A program made the translations under genes and the position numbers. Shown one piece after another: positions 42,047 to 52,271 of a stretch of 64,000 nt of DNA. Where the stretch lies: assembly GCA_039630055.1 (NCBI GenBank), contig JBCNVN010000002.1, positions 1 through 64,000 on the forward strand, in the 5' to 3' direction. The DNA is from Candidatus Caldarchaeales archaeon. Lineage in GTDB: Archaea > Thermoproteota > Nitrososphaeria_A > Caldarchaeales > Wolframiiraptoraceae. Each line of letters opens with the position of its first letter. Position 1 is the first letter of the stretch. Under the pieces are notes generated by a model. It saw only the letters and a list, made by a program, of their open reading frames with translations, ran no database searches and was not told where the DNA came from.

Positions 42047-43078
42047 CTACTGAATCTTTAAGATATCCTTATACGTTTTCTCATCATATACGATAGATAT
42101 ATCATTCGATGGCTTCAGGTTTGGAGGTTTGAAGAATGGTTCTCTAAGTCTAACTGCCTGGATGAATATTCTTTCAAGCTCTTCATCTGATGCACCATTC
42201 CTCATAGGCGTTATAAAGTCTACGAGGTTATCATCTCTCAATAAGCATGGCTTAAATTTTCCGTCATGGGTTATCCTAATCCTATCGTTATTCATGCAGA
42301 AATCATAATTATTGTTTGGTCTAACCAACTCTACCCAAACACCATTAGGTAGTAGATACTGCTTTCTCATCTGGAAGCTTCTAGTAACGATCTTTACAGC
42401 CTCTTTCTCAAATCTCTCTTCAACCTCTTTTAAACTATAGTAATACTTTTCATAGAATTCTCTGTTTGCAGATCCTTCTTCTATAAGTTCTATTAATTGT
42501 AGGATGACATGGTCTCCGAACTCTGATGCAAAATCTATGAGTTCCTCTATCTCATCATCATTCACATTTTTCATAACTACAACGTTAAGTTTTACAGGTT
42601 TCAATCCAGCTTCTATAGCTGATTTAATAGCATCTATAACATATTCATGTCTAGTTCTCCCATCCCCTCTATCTTTCGTCCCAGTGATCAAGCAGTACTT
42701 ATCTCTGTTAACGGTATGTAGGCTGATGTTTACTCTCATCAATCCTGCATCCTTCAACTTCTTGGCCATAGAGATCAACCTCGTCCCATTGGTGGTCATA
42801 CTAAGATCCCTCAAACCCAGTTTACCTAGACGATGCACTATATCTAGGATATCTCTACGGAGCATCGGCTCTCCACCAGTCAATTTAACCTTATCAACAC
42901 CATACTTCATCATTATTTTTACGATCCTCTCGATCTCCATGGGTGAGATGAGGTTGTCTGAACCCTTGACAACCCCCTCCATATGGCAGAAGATACATCT
43001 GAAATTACAGGTATAGCTAGGGTTTATAGATATTCTAACACCTTTAAGAGGTCTTCCAAAGCAGTCGACTAGATGCAA
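42047..43078 (-). CDS. moaA: GTP 3',8-cyclase (Mo/W-pterin biosynthesis)
   Basis: DCFGRP, CNFRCIFCHMEG, LTGGEP, MTTNG, FCMN.DRIRITHDGKFKPCL. Confidence 0.93.
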   Translation of the reverse strand: MHLVDCFGRPLKGVRISINPSYTCNFRCIFCHMEGVVKGSDNLISPMEIERIVKIMMKYGVDKVKLTGGEPMLRRDILDIVHRLGKLGLRDLSMTTNGTRLISMAKKLKDAGLMRVNISLHTVNRDKYCLITGTKDRGDGRTRHEYVIDAIKSAIEAGLKPVKLNVVVMKNVNDDEIEELIDFASEFGDHVILQLIELIEEGSANREFYEKYYYSLKEVEERFEKEAVKIVTRSFQMRKQYLLPNGVWVELVRPNNNYDFCMNNDRIRITHDGKFKPCLLRDDNLVDFITPMRNGASDEELERIFIQAVRLREPFFKPPNLKPSNDISIVYDEKTYKDILKIQ

Positions 43079-43173
43079 TTTTAAGTATCCTCCACGACTG
43101 ATCTATAATGCTATTCTAGAGAATATAAACTATTTTAATATTAACGAATTGGGGTTAATGGGTAGGGTCTAGG

Positions 43174-44169
43174 TTGAGTAGAGGAGATATCATCGTTCTT
43201 GGAATAGAGTCTACAGCCCATACATTCGGCGTAGGCGTAGCCACCGCTTCAGGCAGAATATTAGCCAATATCTATGAGGTTTACAGTCCTAGGTCTGGAG
43301 GTATTCATCCTAGAGAAGCCGCTCAACATCATACTCTAGTAGCCCCTGATACGATCAGAAGGGCAATAGAATACTCTAACATATCTCCTTCACAGATAAG
43401 TGGGGTTGCTTTCTCATCTGGACCTGGAATGGGGCCATGTCTTAGAGTTGGTGCAACAGTTGCTAGAACACTATCATTAAAACTCAAAGTTCCACTAATA
43501 GCCGTCAACCATGGAGTAGCCCATATAGAGATAGGAAGGCTGACTACTGGATGTAGAGACCCGGTTGTCTTATATGTTGCTGGTGGGAACACACTAATCA
43601 CAGCATATCGAGATGGGAAATACCGGATCTTCGGAGAGACGCTTGATATCGCTGCTGGAAACTGTCTAGATGTATTTGGATTAAAGACTGGCATCGGCCC
43701 TATGCCAAACCCTGAGATAAGAGCAAGAGATGGAGAAAAACTCTATCCTCTACCATATAGAGTTAAAGGCATGGATGTTTCTTTTTCAGGAATATTGACA
43801 GCTGCATTAAGGCTTGTTAAAGATGGTGTTAGGTTAGAGGATGTCTGCTACAGCCTTATAGAAACAGTTTATAGTATGTTGACAGAGGTAACTGAGAGAG
43901 CACTAGCATTTACAGAGAAGAGAGAAGTATTGATAGTTGGAGGGTTATCGAGAAGTGTAAGATTAAAAGAGATGATGAATGAGATGGTTAAAATACATGA
44001 TGCAAAAAGTTTCCATGTTCCAGAAGAATATGCAGGGGATAATGGTGCAATGATAGCGTGGACTGGAGCATTACAGCTCTTGACAGGACAAGTAGTCTCT
44101 ATAGAAGAAAGCAAAGTTAGACCTAGATATCGGATAGATGAAGTAGATATAAAATGGTTTCACTATTGA
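43174..44169 (+). CDS. kae1: tRNA N6-threonylcarbamoyltransferase (KEOPS Kae1)
   Basis: LGIESTAHT, GGIHPREAA, GPGMGPCL, VNHGVAHIE, GETLDIA, DNGAMIA. Confidence 0.96.
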   Translation: MSRGDIIVLGIESTAHTFGVGVATASGRILANIYEVYSPRSGGIHPREAAQHHTLVAPDTIRRAIEYSNISPSQISGVAFSSGPGMGPCLRVGATVARTLSLKLKVPLIAVNHGVAHIEIGRLTTGCRDPVVLYVAGGNTLITAYRDGKYRIFGETLDIAAGNCLDVFGLKTGIGPMPNPEIRARDGEKLYPLPYRVKGMDVSFSGILTAALRLVKDGVRLEDVCYSLIETVYSMLTEVTERALAFTEKREVLIVGGLSRSVRLKEMMNEMVKIHDAKSFHVPEEYAGDNGAMIAWTGALQLLTGQVVSIEESKVRPRYRIDEVDIKWFHY

Positions 44170-44248
44170 TGTGGAGTCCAAGTTGGATGATATTAGGAAA
44201 AAATTTTAATTCATATTCTTCTAATTTAGGGATCTATGATAGAGGCTG

Positions 44249-45478
44249 TTAAGCCATTCTTATTATATCTTCTAGAGCAGAGGTCAAAAGATCTATATCT
44301 TCAATGGTGTTGTATATGTAGTAGCTTGCTCTAACCGCTCCATCTATCTTTAATCTTTCATATAGTAAGTGAGCACAATGCTTGCCGGTTCTTACAGCAA
44401 CACCATATCCATCAAGTAGTGTACCCACTATATTTGGGTCCATACCTCTGATGTTAAAAGGTATTATCCCGCATCTTTCAGAAACATTTCTAGGACCGTA
44501 GACTACTACAGAGTCACCCAATTCTTTAAATCTCTTCAATGTATACTCTGTCAATTCTTCTTCATGTCTCTTCACATTCATCATACCGATCTTCATCAAG
44601 TATTCAGCTGCTACACCGAGACCTATCGCTCCTGATATATTTGGAGTCCCCGCCTCATATCTATGTGGAGAACCAAGTAAACTATGACTCTCGATACCGA
44701 CTTCTCTTACAGCTCCACCTCCGAGACGTAGAGGTGGAAGATCATCAAGTAGTTCACTCCTAACCCATAATACACCTATACCTGTCGGTCCCAGCATCTT
44801 GTGGCCACTAAATGCTAGAAAATCTATTCCAAGGTCTTTCACGTCTATCATTATGTGGGGTACAGATTGGGCGCCGTCAACTACAAGTACTCCTCCAACC
44901 TCGTGAACCCTCTTCGCAACCTCTTTTATATCTATAATCGTTCCAACCACGTTTGATACATGAGTAAATGAGGCTATCTTCGTTCTTTTACTTAAATTTT
45001 CATCAAGATCAGAATAATCCAATCTTCCATCATCCATTATGTTGACATATTTTATCTTCGCTCCTTTGAGAGATGCAACCGCCCGCCATGGAAGTATGTT
45101 GCTATGATGTTCTAAGACTGTTAAAAGTATTTCATCATCTCTATGTAAATGTTTTAGTCCATAAGCATACGCAACCATGTTTAGTGAGTCTGTTGTACCA
45201 TAAGTAAAGATTACCTCATCTGTACTATTAGCATTTATCAGCTTACCTATTTTTTCTCTTGCTTCTTCATATCTTTGTGTTGCCTGCAGACTTAGAGTAT
45301 GAACCCCTCTATGAATATTACTATACTCATATAGTTCAAATTGTTTAACAGCTTCGACGACTGGGACAGGTTTAAGTGAGGATGCAGCGCTATCCAGATA
45401 AACGAGTCTTCTACCTCTTATCTTCTTTTCTAGAATTGGGAAATCTTTTAAGATCTCATCAACTTTGAGACAGGACAT
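44249..45478 (-). CDS. sufS: Cysteine desulfurase, SufS/group II
   Basis: YLDSAASSLKP, NIHRGVH, EHHSN, DGAQSVPH, FSGHKMLGPTG, VRTGKHCA. Confidence 0.9.
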   Translation of the reverse strand: MSCLKVDEILKDFPILEKKIRGRRLVYLDSAASSLKPVPVVEAVKQFELYEYSNIHRGVHTLSLQATQRYEEAREKIGKLINANSTDEVIFTYGTTDSLNMVAYAYGLKHLHRDDEILLTVLEHHSNILPWRAVASLKGAKIKYVNIMDDGRLDYSDLDENLSKRTKIASFTHVSNVVGTIIDIKEVAKRVHEVGGVLVVDGAQSVPHIMIDVKDLGIDFLAFSGHKMLGPTGIGVLWVRSELLDDLPPLRLGGGAVREVGIESHSLLGSPHRYEAGTPNISGAIGLGVAAEYLMKIGMMNVKRHEEELTEYTLKRFKELGDSVVVYGPRNVSERCGIIPFNIRGMDPNIVGTLLDGYGVAVRTGKHCAHLLYERLKIDGAVRASYYIYNTIEDIDLLTSALEDIIRMA

Positions 45479-45531
45479 TTCTAAAAAATATATAGAAATT
45501 TCTAATATATAATTAATGATATTTCTATTGA

Positions 45532-45771
45532 TTACCTTGTGTAGACTACCGTTATCTTCGTTCCATCTCTTTCAACTAACTCGATTTTCAGACTCCGCTT
45601 CCTCGCAAGCATCTCTAATACTTTGAATGGTATCTCTCTCTCATCTGAAACAACTTTTAATGATCCTCTACCTTCCTCTACTCTTGACAATAGCTGGGTT
45701 AATCTTATCACTGGGTTCTCGGTGCATCCAGGCTTCTTCTCTGTAAGATCTATAAGGTATACCTCGCTCAA
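45532..45771 (-). CDS. Small TusA/SirA-like protein (divergent)
   Basis: 79 aa, IDLT..PGCTENP..LKVVSD pattern; overlaps iscU. Confidence 0.5.
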   Translation of the reverse strand: MSEVYLIDLTEKKPGCTENPVIRLTQLLSRVEEGRGSLKVVSDEREIPFKVLEMLARKRSLKIELVERDGTKITVVYTR

Positions 45772-46265
45772 GGAACTCTACCAAACTTCTTATACATTCT
45801 CTCTATTAATTCTTCTTCCTCCAGGGCTTGCCTCTCTTCTTTACTCAAGTCTGCTGGTAACCAGTCTGGATGCTCTCTACCGGTTTCTTCAAAATATTTT
45901 CTGATAGCCCTCTTCAATCCTCCAACCGCCAGTACACTACAATGGTATTTTATCGTTGGAAGACCTCCAAGCTCTTCAGCCACCTTTTCCCAAGATATCT
46001 CCCATGCTTCCTTCAAGGTCTTCCCCTTAACCATCTCGGTCAATATGCTTGCAGCCGCAATGTTTGCCGCACATCCATAGCTCTCAAAAGATGCATTCAA
46101 TATCCTTCCCTCATCTATCTTTAAGTAGATCCTGATAACATCTCCACATGCTGGGCTTCCAGCTTGAGATACTACATCTGCATCGTGCATCACTCCTAAA
46201 TTTTTAGGATTCTTAAATAGTTCTAGAATCTTTGGAGAGTATATTAGTGGTGTTCTCGTACTCAT
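45768..46265 (-). CDS. iscU: Fe-S cluster scaffold IscU/NifU-N
   Basis: YSPKILELFKNPKNLG, SPACGD, YGCAA, LPTIKYHCS. Confidence 0.93.
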   Translation of the reverse strand: MSTRTPLIYSPKILELFKNPKNLGVMHDADVVSQAGSPACGDVIRIYLKIDEGRILNASFESYGCAANIAAASILTEMVKGKTLKEAWEISWEKVAEELGGLPTIKYHCSVLAVGGLKRAIRKYFEETGREHPDWLPADLSKEERQALEEEELIERMYKKFGRVP

Positions 46266-47512
46266 CAGTCAACCGCCTCCTCTAGAACTTCTTTATACTC
46301 TTTACCTAATGGACTGATAGTTCTAAGCCTCTGGATTGCTGGAGGTATCTGGCTTAGAGCATACTCTACATCTTCTCTAGTATTATAGCGTGACAATTTG
46401 AAGAGGATGCTCCCATGAGCTTCTACATGCCTTCTACCTATAGCTAAGATGACGTGGCTCGGCTCGAGAACTCTACTGGTGCATGCGCTACCACTAGAAA
46501 CATAGACCCCCCTAGTGCTTAGTTCAATCGTTATCGATTCTCCCTCTACATGGAGAAAGCTTACGTTAACATTGTCTGGAGCTCTCCTCTCTCCTCTAGG
46601 ACCATTCAAGAGTACATCTGGAACATTCTCTATTATCCCATCCAATAATTTATCTCTTAAGATCTTCATCTTCTCCACGTTCTTGTCGAAGTCTGTGAAT
46701 GCAAGTTCTACAGCCTTCCTAAATCCAGCTATAGATGGAACGTTCTCAACCCCTGGCCACAATCTTTGAGTACTCAAAGCTCCATCTAGCACAGATTTTA
46801 TCTTAACCCCTGGACCGACATATAATATGCCTACACCCTTAGGTCCATGTATCTTGTGGCTACTTAACGTTAACATATCGAGACCAAGCTTCTTCACATC
46901 CATCCTAATCCTACCATAAGCATCTGAAGCATCTGTATGGAATATTATTTTTTCATCTACATCTTTAACTATTTTAACCAACTTCTCCAATTCTTGCACG
47001 GTTCCAATCTCATGATTAACTGCTTGAATGCTAACCATGAATGTCTTATCATCTAGTACTGCTTCAAGCATATCCGGGTCTACGAATCCTTCTTCATCTA
47101 CCGGTAGAGTAACAAGCTTGAAGCCACGTTCCTCTAATGTTCTAGCAGGAAAGAGTACACTTGGATGTTCTATAGCGGATGTTATTATCTTCTTTCTCTC
47201 ACTATCCATATTTGCTAGAGCAGTTCCTTTAATAGCTAGGTTGTTAGACTCTGTACCGCTATGGGTTATTACAAGCTCACCATCTCCAATATTCAATGTT
47301 TTGCCTACGAGATCGAGGGTTGACTCTAATACTTCGTAAGCTTCCCATCCAGGACGATTCGTTATGGATGGGTGACCATAACCTCTCTGATTAAAATATG
47401 GAAGCATTTCTTCAACTACTTCTGGTGGCACCCATCCTGAATTCTCATGGTCGAAATATGCTTCTCTAGGTGGCTTACCATGTTCTTGCAAAAACTCATA
47501 TACCTTCCTCAT
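46265..47512 (-). CDS. iscS: Cysteine desulfurase, IscS/NifS group I
   Basis: SGTESNN, IEHPSV, NHEIGTVQ, SSHKIHGPKG, VSSGSACTS. Confidence 0.92.
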   Translation of the reverse strand: MRKVYEFLQEHGKPPREAYFDHENSGWVPPEVVEEMLPYFNQRGYGHPSITNRPGWEAYEVLESTLDLVGKTLNIGDGELVITHSGTESNNLAIKGTALANMDSERKKIITSAIEHPSVLFPARTLEERGFKLVTLPVDEEGFVDPDMLEAVLDDKTFMVSIQAVNHEIGTVQELEKLVKIVKDVDEKIIFHTDASDAYGRIRMDVKKLGLDMLTLSSHKIHGPKGVGILYVGPGVKIKSVLDGALSTQRLWPGVENVPSIAGFRKAVELAFTDFDKNVEKMKILRDKLLDGIIENVPDVLLNGPRGERRAPDNVNVSFLHVEGESITIELSTRGVYVSSGSACTSRVLEPSHVILAIGRRHVEAHGSILFKLSRYNTREDVEYALSQIPPAIQRLRTISPLGKEYKEVLEEAVD

Positions 47513-47624
47513 ATCACTATAACTACGTTATAAAACGTTGAATATAAATTATTCCATTTGCTTGAGAAGACTTATATAAGTGAAGAGGTAACGATGTTTT
47601 TACACAATTTGAGAGGATTGAATC

Positions 47625-48314
47625 TTACTTAAGGTGCACCTGGAATGTAAGCAGTAAAAACAATAGCCCCAGAGAGACCATTACTATTCCCAATGATAGT
47701 TTAAACTTATCCTTATTCATCTGATGCCATCGTCGGATACTTATCATAATCTTCTTAGTAGAGGTTATGTAGAGTATGAAAGCTAGAGGTGCTATGAACA
47801 GGATGTTATATGTGGACAAGAGTAGTGTAGGGTAGGGAGCATCTGTTATCATCGAGATAAATGTTGGGTAGACTCCTCCAGTACACACATATGGAAAATT
47901 GTGTAATCCAAAGAGAATACCTGCTGTTAGGGAAGACCCGTAACCAATCCTCTTCATTTGCATTATCGCTCTCTCCCTACGTATTGAAGACCTGTTAAGC
48001 GGCAAGACTTCTAAACCGAGATATGATAGTATATTAGCTATTCCAACAAACATCATGATCGAAATGCTTACCCATTTAGAGAGATGTGGAAAGGTTGAAA
48101 TGCTTAGCGAAATAGTTAACAACCCTAATCCTACCAACATATACGATGAGAACACTCCTATGATATATGATATTCCTAAGATTAAGACGGTCAACCTGTT
48201 AGCGCCTGCAGAATATGTAGGTGATATGAAGAGAGCTAGGAGGCTTAAGTTACATATATTTAAACCATCTAAGATCCCTAAGAACAAAATGTATGGATTA
48301 TCCATGTCTCCCAC
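47625..48314 (-). CDS. CcdA/DsbD-like membrane protein, possibly degenerate
   Basis: LDGLNIC and VCTGGVY resemble the two Cys motifs of CcdA-type proteins but lack the usual Pro; about six TM. Confidence 0.55.
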   Translation of the reverse strand: MGDMDNPYILFLGILDGLNICNLSLLALFISPTYSAGANRLTVLILGISYIIGVFSSYMLVGLGLLTISLSISTFPHLSKWVSISIMMFVGIANILSYLGLEVLPLNRSSIRRERAIMQMKRIGYGSSLTAGILFGLHNFPYVCTGGVYPTFISMITDAPYPTLLLSTYNILFIAPLAFILYITSTKKIMISIRRWHQMNKDKFKLSLGIVMVSLGLLFLLLTFQVHLK

Positions 48315-48487
48315 CTAGAATCTGTAGACGACCGCTTTTGTATTATTAAGTAGCTCGATTTCCACTTTATCACCTGGAGATAGTCATGGCTCTTTAACCA
48401 TGTTATGAGTATATCTAAAATGAACTATTTCTCCAGACTCCATTATAATTACTACTCTACATGTAAACTCAACTATCTCGGTTTAGC

Positions 48488-49201
48488 CTACTCTTCTAAT
48501 TCTAGTTCTTGGATAAAGTCACCGTGCCAAGAATGGTACCAGACCGCTCCTGTAAACTCGTTAACGCTTAGCATACTATGTATCTGTCCATTAAGCTTAT
48601 AATCCATAGTATAATAGCCGTAGAATTTTGTTGGCTCTTCTACTTCTATTCTTCCAGGATAAATACGTGAAAGATAATCATATGCTATCTGCTTAGCTTC
48701 ATCCTCTGTTATTATAGTGCTGAAAGGCGCTGGGGTTCGAGGGCCTATCACAGGCCCCATTCTATAATGCATTCCATACTTTATATTCCACATCATGTTA
48801 GGCCCAGGCTCAGGCGTTATCTGTCCAGTATAGGGGTTTACAAGAACCTCGAAAGCTCCCATACCTGTATCTTTTTCCATTATTATAGCGTAGAAATTGT
48901 TCGTAAACTCCATGATCTCTTTAATAGAGAAGCCTCGACCCAGGGTGTAGACATACGATTCTAAAATAGATTTAACAGAGTTTATGTCAAGTCTTTGATT
49001 GGGAATTGTTGGATACCACCATCCATACATTGGACACATTGGAGACCCTCTTACATACCACCACCCCCAATTACCTGGAGCCGTGGGTGCATTGCTTGAT
49101 GTAGTGTTCGCAGAAACTACTAAGAAGCCTGCTACAGTGGCGGCTATTGCCAAGAGGATTAATCCAATTATCAAGATGGGAGAATTTTTCAATCGGCTCA
49201 T
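48488..49201 (-). CDS. Secreted Met/Gly/aromatic-rich protein with PepSY-like repeat
   Basis: N-terminal TM; EIMEFTNNFYA, PEPGPNMMWNIKYGM, FYGYYTMD, MLSVNEFTGAVWYHSWHG. Confidence 0.6.
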   Translation of the reverse strand: MSRLKNSPILIIGLILLAIAATVAGFLVVSANTTSSNAPTAPGNWGWWYVRGSPMCPMYGWWYPTIPNQRLDINSVKSILESYVYTLGRGFSIKEIMEFTNNFYAIIMEKDTGMGAFEVLVNPYTGQITPEPGPNMMWNIKYGMHYRMGPVIGPRTPAPFSTIITEDEAKQIAYDYLSRIYPGRIEVEEPTKFYGYYTMDYKLNGQIHSMLSVNEFTGAVWYHSWHGDFIQELELEE

Positions 49202-49209
49202 ATTATCAC

Positions 49210-49422
49210 CTAGCAGCAACGTGTGTCATGAGAATGCGATGTAATTCTAGAAGGATGAGCAGCGTATCCTTCAGGATTCTTCTCGAACTCTGTTTTACAG
49301 TATTCTGAACAGAAGTAGTAGGTTTCTCCAAGATATGTACTTTTGAAACTATTTTCCATCTTCACCATCATACCACATACAGGATCTACTAATTCTTTTC
49401 TCTTAAACATCGGATCACTCAA
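49210..49422 (-). CDS. YHS/TRASH domain metal-binding protein
   Basis: [27 protein letters not shown]; His/Cys tail SHSHDTRCC. Confidence 0.9.
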   Translation of the reverse strand: MSDPMFKRKELVDPVCGMMVKMENSFKSTYLGETYYFCSEYCKTEFEKNPEGYAAHPSRITSHSHDTRCC

Positions 49423-49578
49423 ATCTTATATATGCCTAGAGAATATAAGCAGTGCGTATCTTTTATAACTTTTTGTAATATTCTGTAGTTATTAAGTGGA
49501 AAGATTTAGTCTATAGGATATAGGTGAAGTTCAAGTGAAATCCCGGTTAATCACTTCGTATTATTTTTCCGGTTATAT

Positions 49579-50124
49579 CTAGAGGTCTATATTCTTTAGT
49601 TCAATGGTTACAGCGTGATCACTTAGAGAGAAATAGGCATCTACTCCTATCCTTTCAAATATCGGCTGGATGTAGTGGGCTATGAAGAGAGAGCCTTTTG
49701 AGCCTAGAGAATGTGTAAGCGTGATAATGATCTTGTCCTCTTTTATAACTTCATTATAACTGAAGAAGTTTGCATATTTTGAAAGAGTTTTGAGATAACT
49801 GAACACAGCTTCAATTGATAGTGATCCTTCTTTTGCAATTATGAATGTTTCCGAAATATCTTTACCTGCAGTATAACTTGCTTTTATCAATAGCTCTTCT
49901 GGAAAAGCTTCTAGCAGATTCTTAAAAGCTAGTGTCATCAATTTAATTACACCAAGCTTTTCTGCATATCTATCGAAGTTTACGTATGAGAGGAAGATCT
50001 GATTTACAAGCGTATTCACGCTGACATTATGTCTTTGAGCATCTTCTTGAAGTATCTTTAAAACTACCTCGCTTATCCTAAACGATCTAGTTACAGTCTT
50101 TTCAAACTCCATCAATACTACCAA
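49579..50124 (-). CDS. Putative ribbon-helix-helix transcriptional regulator
   Basis: TVTRSFRISEVVLKILQEDA..VSVNTLVNQI RHH-like N-terminus. Confidence 0.6.
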   Translation of the reverse strand: MVVLMEFEKTVTRSFRISEVVLKILQEDAQRHNVSVNTLVNQIFLSYVNFDRYAEKLGVIKLMTLAFKNLLEAFPEELLIKASYTAGKDISETFIIAKEGSLSIEAVFSYLKTLSKYANFFSYNEVIKEDKIIITLTHSLGSKGSLFIAHYIQPIFERIGVDAYFSLSDHAVTIELKNIDL

Positions 50125-50210
50125 ACCTAATATTATCCGGATAATAAATTTGTCTTCTCAAATCTTAGAAAACTTTAAGAACCCAGAGTATAAGCTAATC
50201 TTGAAGCTGT

Positions 50211-50354
50211 ATGGCTAAGGATCCGGTTTGCGGAATGATGGTAGATGAGAAGAAGGCGAAGTATATTTTCGAATACAAATCTAGAAGATACTACTTCTGT
50301 TCTGAAGCTTGTAGAAACATATTTAAGAATAATCCAGAGAAATACATAAAATAG
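50211..50354 (+). CDS. YHS/TRASH domain protein (47 aa, missed by the ORF track)
   Basis: [47 protein letters not shown]. Confidence 0.9.
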   Translation: MAKDPVCGMMVDEKKAKYIFEYKSRRYYFCSEACRNIFKNNPEKYIK

Positions 50355-50387
50355 TCATCTTTCGTAATCTAATAATATGCTGATAAT

Positions 50388-50681
50388 TTAATGTTGATCA
50401 TCTTTTTGTACGGTCTTCTTTATAACTATCTTCCATAATGCTTCTTCTAGGCGTTCTACGCTCAAAACCTTGTGACCTCTCTCGACAGCTACGTCTTGAA
50501 TAGTTTTAGTAGATGGCTGGTTATCGAATATTATCTCCAGTATCTCATCTTCTTTGATCTTCTCCAATGTTTTAATAGTGTATAAGGTGGGATATGGACA
50601 TGGTAGCCCTAAAACCTTTAATACATATCTGCCAGGTTCAACCTCGCTTACCTCTATATTCATGACTGAGGTCACCTCCAT
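50388..50681 (-). CDS. TusA/SirA sulfur carrier
   Basis: LGLPCPYP motif, LEIIFDNQPS, WKIVIKK; overlaps the sulfite reductase end. Confidence 0.85.
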   Translation of the reverse strand: MEVTSVMNIEVSEVEPGRYVLKVLGLPCPYPTLYTIKTLEKIKEDEILEIIFDNQPSTKTIQDVAVERGHKVLSVERLEEALWKIVIKKTVQKDDQH

Positions 50682-52158
50682 TCTCGATTGTCTCCTCTAA
50701 AAGCTTATCCGCAAATTGATGAAAATCTCTTAAACCACTATTAATAAACTTCTTTAAAATATCTTCAATTACTTGATTTACATGATCTTCAGGAATATTT
50801 TTGATAAATAATTTGGAGAGCTTCGAGCCGGTGCCCATTATGTAGAGGTTGAAACACGGTATCGAGATTCCATCTTTTTTGATTGTTGTTGATTGTAAAC
50901 CTATGTCTGAGACTAGATGATGTGCGCAAGAATTTGGGCATCCACTAATAGAGATGCTTATATCAAGCTTTTCAAGATCTCTACCAAGTTTATCAACTAG
51001 ATAGTCTAATAGTATGCCTGCTCTCCTCTTACTGCTTTCAAGACTCTTACCGCAGAAATTACTTGGACAAGCTCTTGTCCTAATTTTTATTAATGGTTGT
51101 CTTGGATCCAGTCCAATCATCTTCAGTTCCTCTACAACTCTTGTCAATTCCTTCTCAGGAATGTGTATTAATACTAGCTTCTGAGCTGGAGAAACCCTAA
51201 TCTCATCACTATATCTTTCAGCTATCTCAATTATCTTCTTGAATTGATGAACGTTTAAGAGACCTGTGAAAATTGGCACAATCAGAGAGTATAATCCATT
51301 CTCCTTCTCATGCGATACAACATCATGGTCTCCCCATTCTAAATTTAGCTTACTGCAATCTAGATACTGAAAGTTTTTACCCATGTTTTCTTCAATTAAC
51401 TCTCTCAATCTACTCAACCCCTTCTCCTTAATTAACCATTTAAACCTCGCAGTGCTCTTCCTATCCCTAAGCCCATGATCTCTATAGATCTCGACCACCG
51501 TTCTTATGAATTCTAATGATTCAGATACTGGTACAAAGATGTTTAATGGTTGAGCAAGAAATGGTGGAAAGCCTAAGCTTCCTCCAACCAGAGGTGTAAA
51601 ACCTATTCCATACTCCGATTTTACAGCTACTAATGCTAAATCGTTTATCTCAGGTTTTATACAGTTTATCTTACATGAAGATATTCCTATCTTAAATTTT
51701 CTAGGCAGGTCTAAAAACTCCTTATTTCCTGTAAACATCTCTACGGCTCTCTTAACTATTGAGCTAGTTTCAATTATCTCATCGGTTTGAATTCCTGTCA
51801 AGGGGCATGTAACAATATTTCTTATTTCTAACATCTCCATATCCAGCTTTTGGATAATGCTGCCCACACATATCTGTGAATAGCTCAGCCTCTTCAAGCT
51901 TAGAAAAGATGTCTAGTGAGTCTACATCTCTAATCCAATGTAGTTGTATATCTTGCCTAGTTGTTACCTCAAGATATCCTCTTCCATATCTTTCTGATAG
52001 TTCGGCAATAGTCCTAGCTTGATCTATTCTTAGAATTCCCGCAACTATTTTTATCCTTAGAAAGTGTATTGACCCTTCTCCTTGTTCTGAGCCTAGAGCA
52101 TATCTTCCAACGTACTTATTGAGAACTTCTACTTCTTCTAGTTCTAGTCTATTTTCAC
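50638..52158 (-). pseudogene. Ferredoxin-type sulfite/nitrite reductase (siroheme), frameshifted
   Basis: N-half FLRIKIVAG..YGRGYLEVTTRQDIQLHWI..GDVRN is out of frame with RNIVTCP, LPRKFKIGIS, RACPSNFC, SISGCPNSC. 7-bp duplication at 51816-51829 and a probable 5-bp insertion after GTG 52158. Confidence 0.85.
51816..51829. repeat. Perfect 7-bp tandem duplication
   Basis: TATTTCT x2 (AGAAATA x2 on the coding strand). Confidence 0.85.
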
Positions 52159-52271
52159 CTTCAGTTCAATTTATAACGCCGTCATATAAATATTTCAAAT
52201 CTACCCGACCATCAAGAAAAATCTAACATTAATAAGGGGTAAAAAATAATTATCATTATAAGAGTAGGATT

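Noticed and set aside
45493-45504. 12-bp palindrome TAGAAATTTCTA upstream of sufS
   Set aside because: Very AT-rich single occurrence, not distinguishable from chance.
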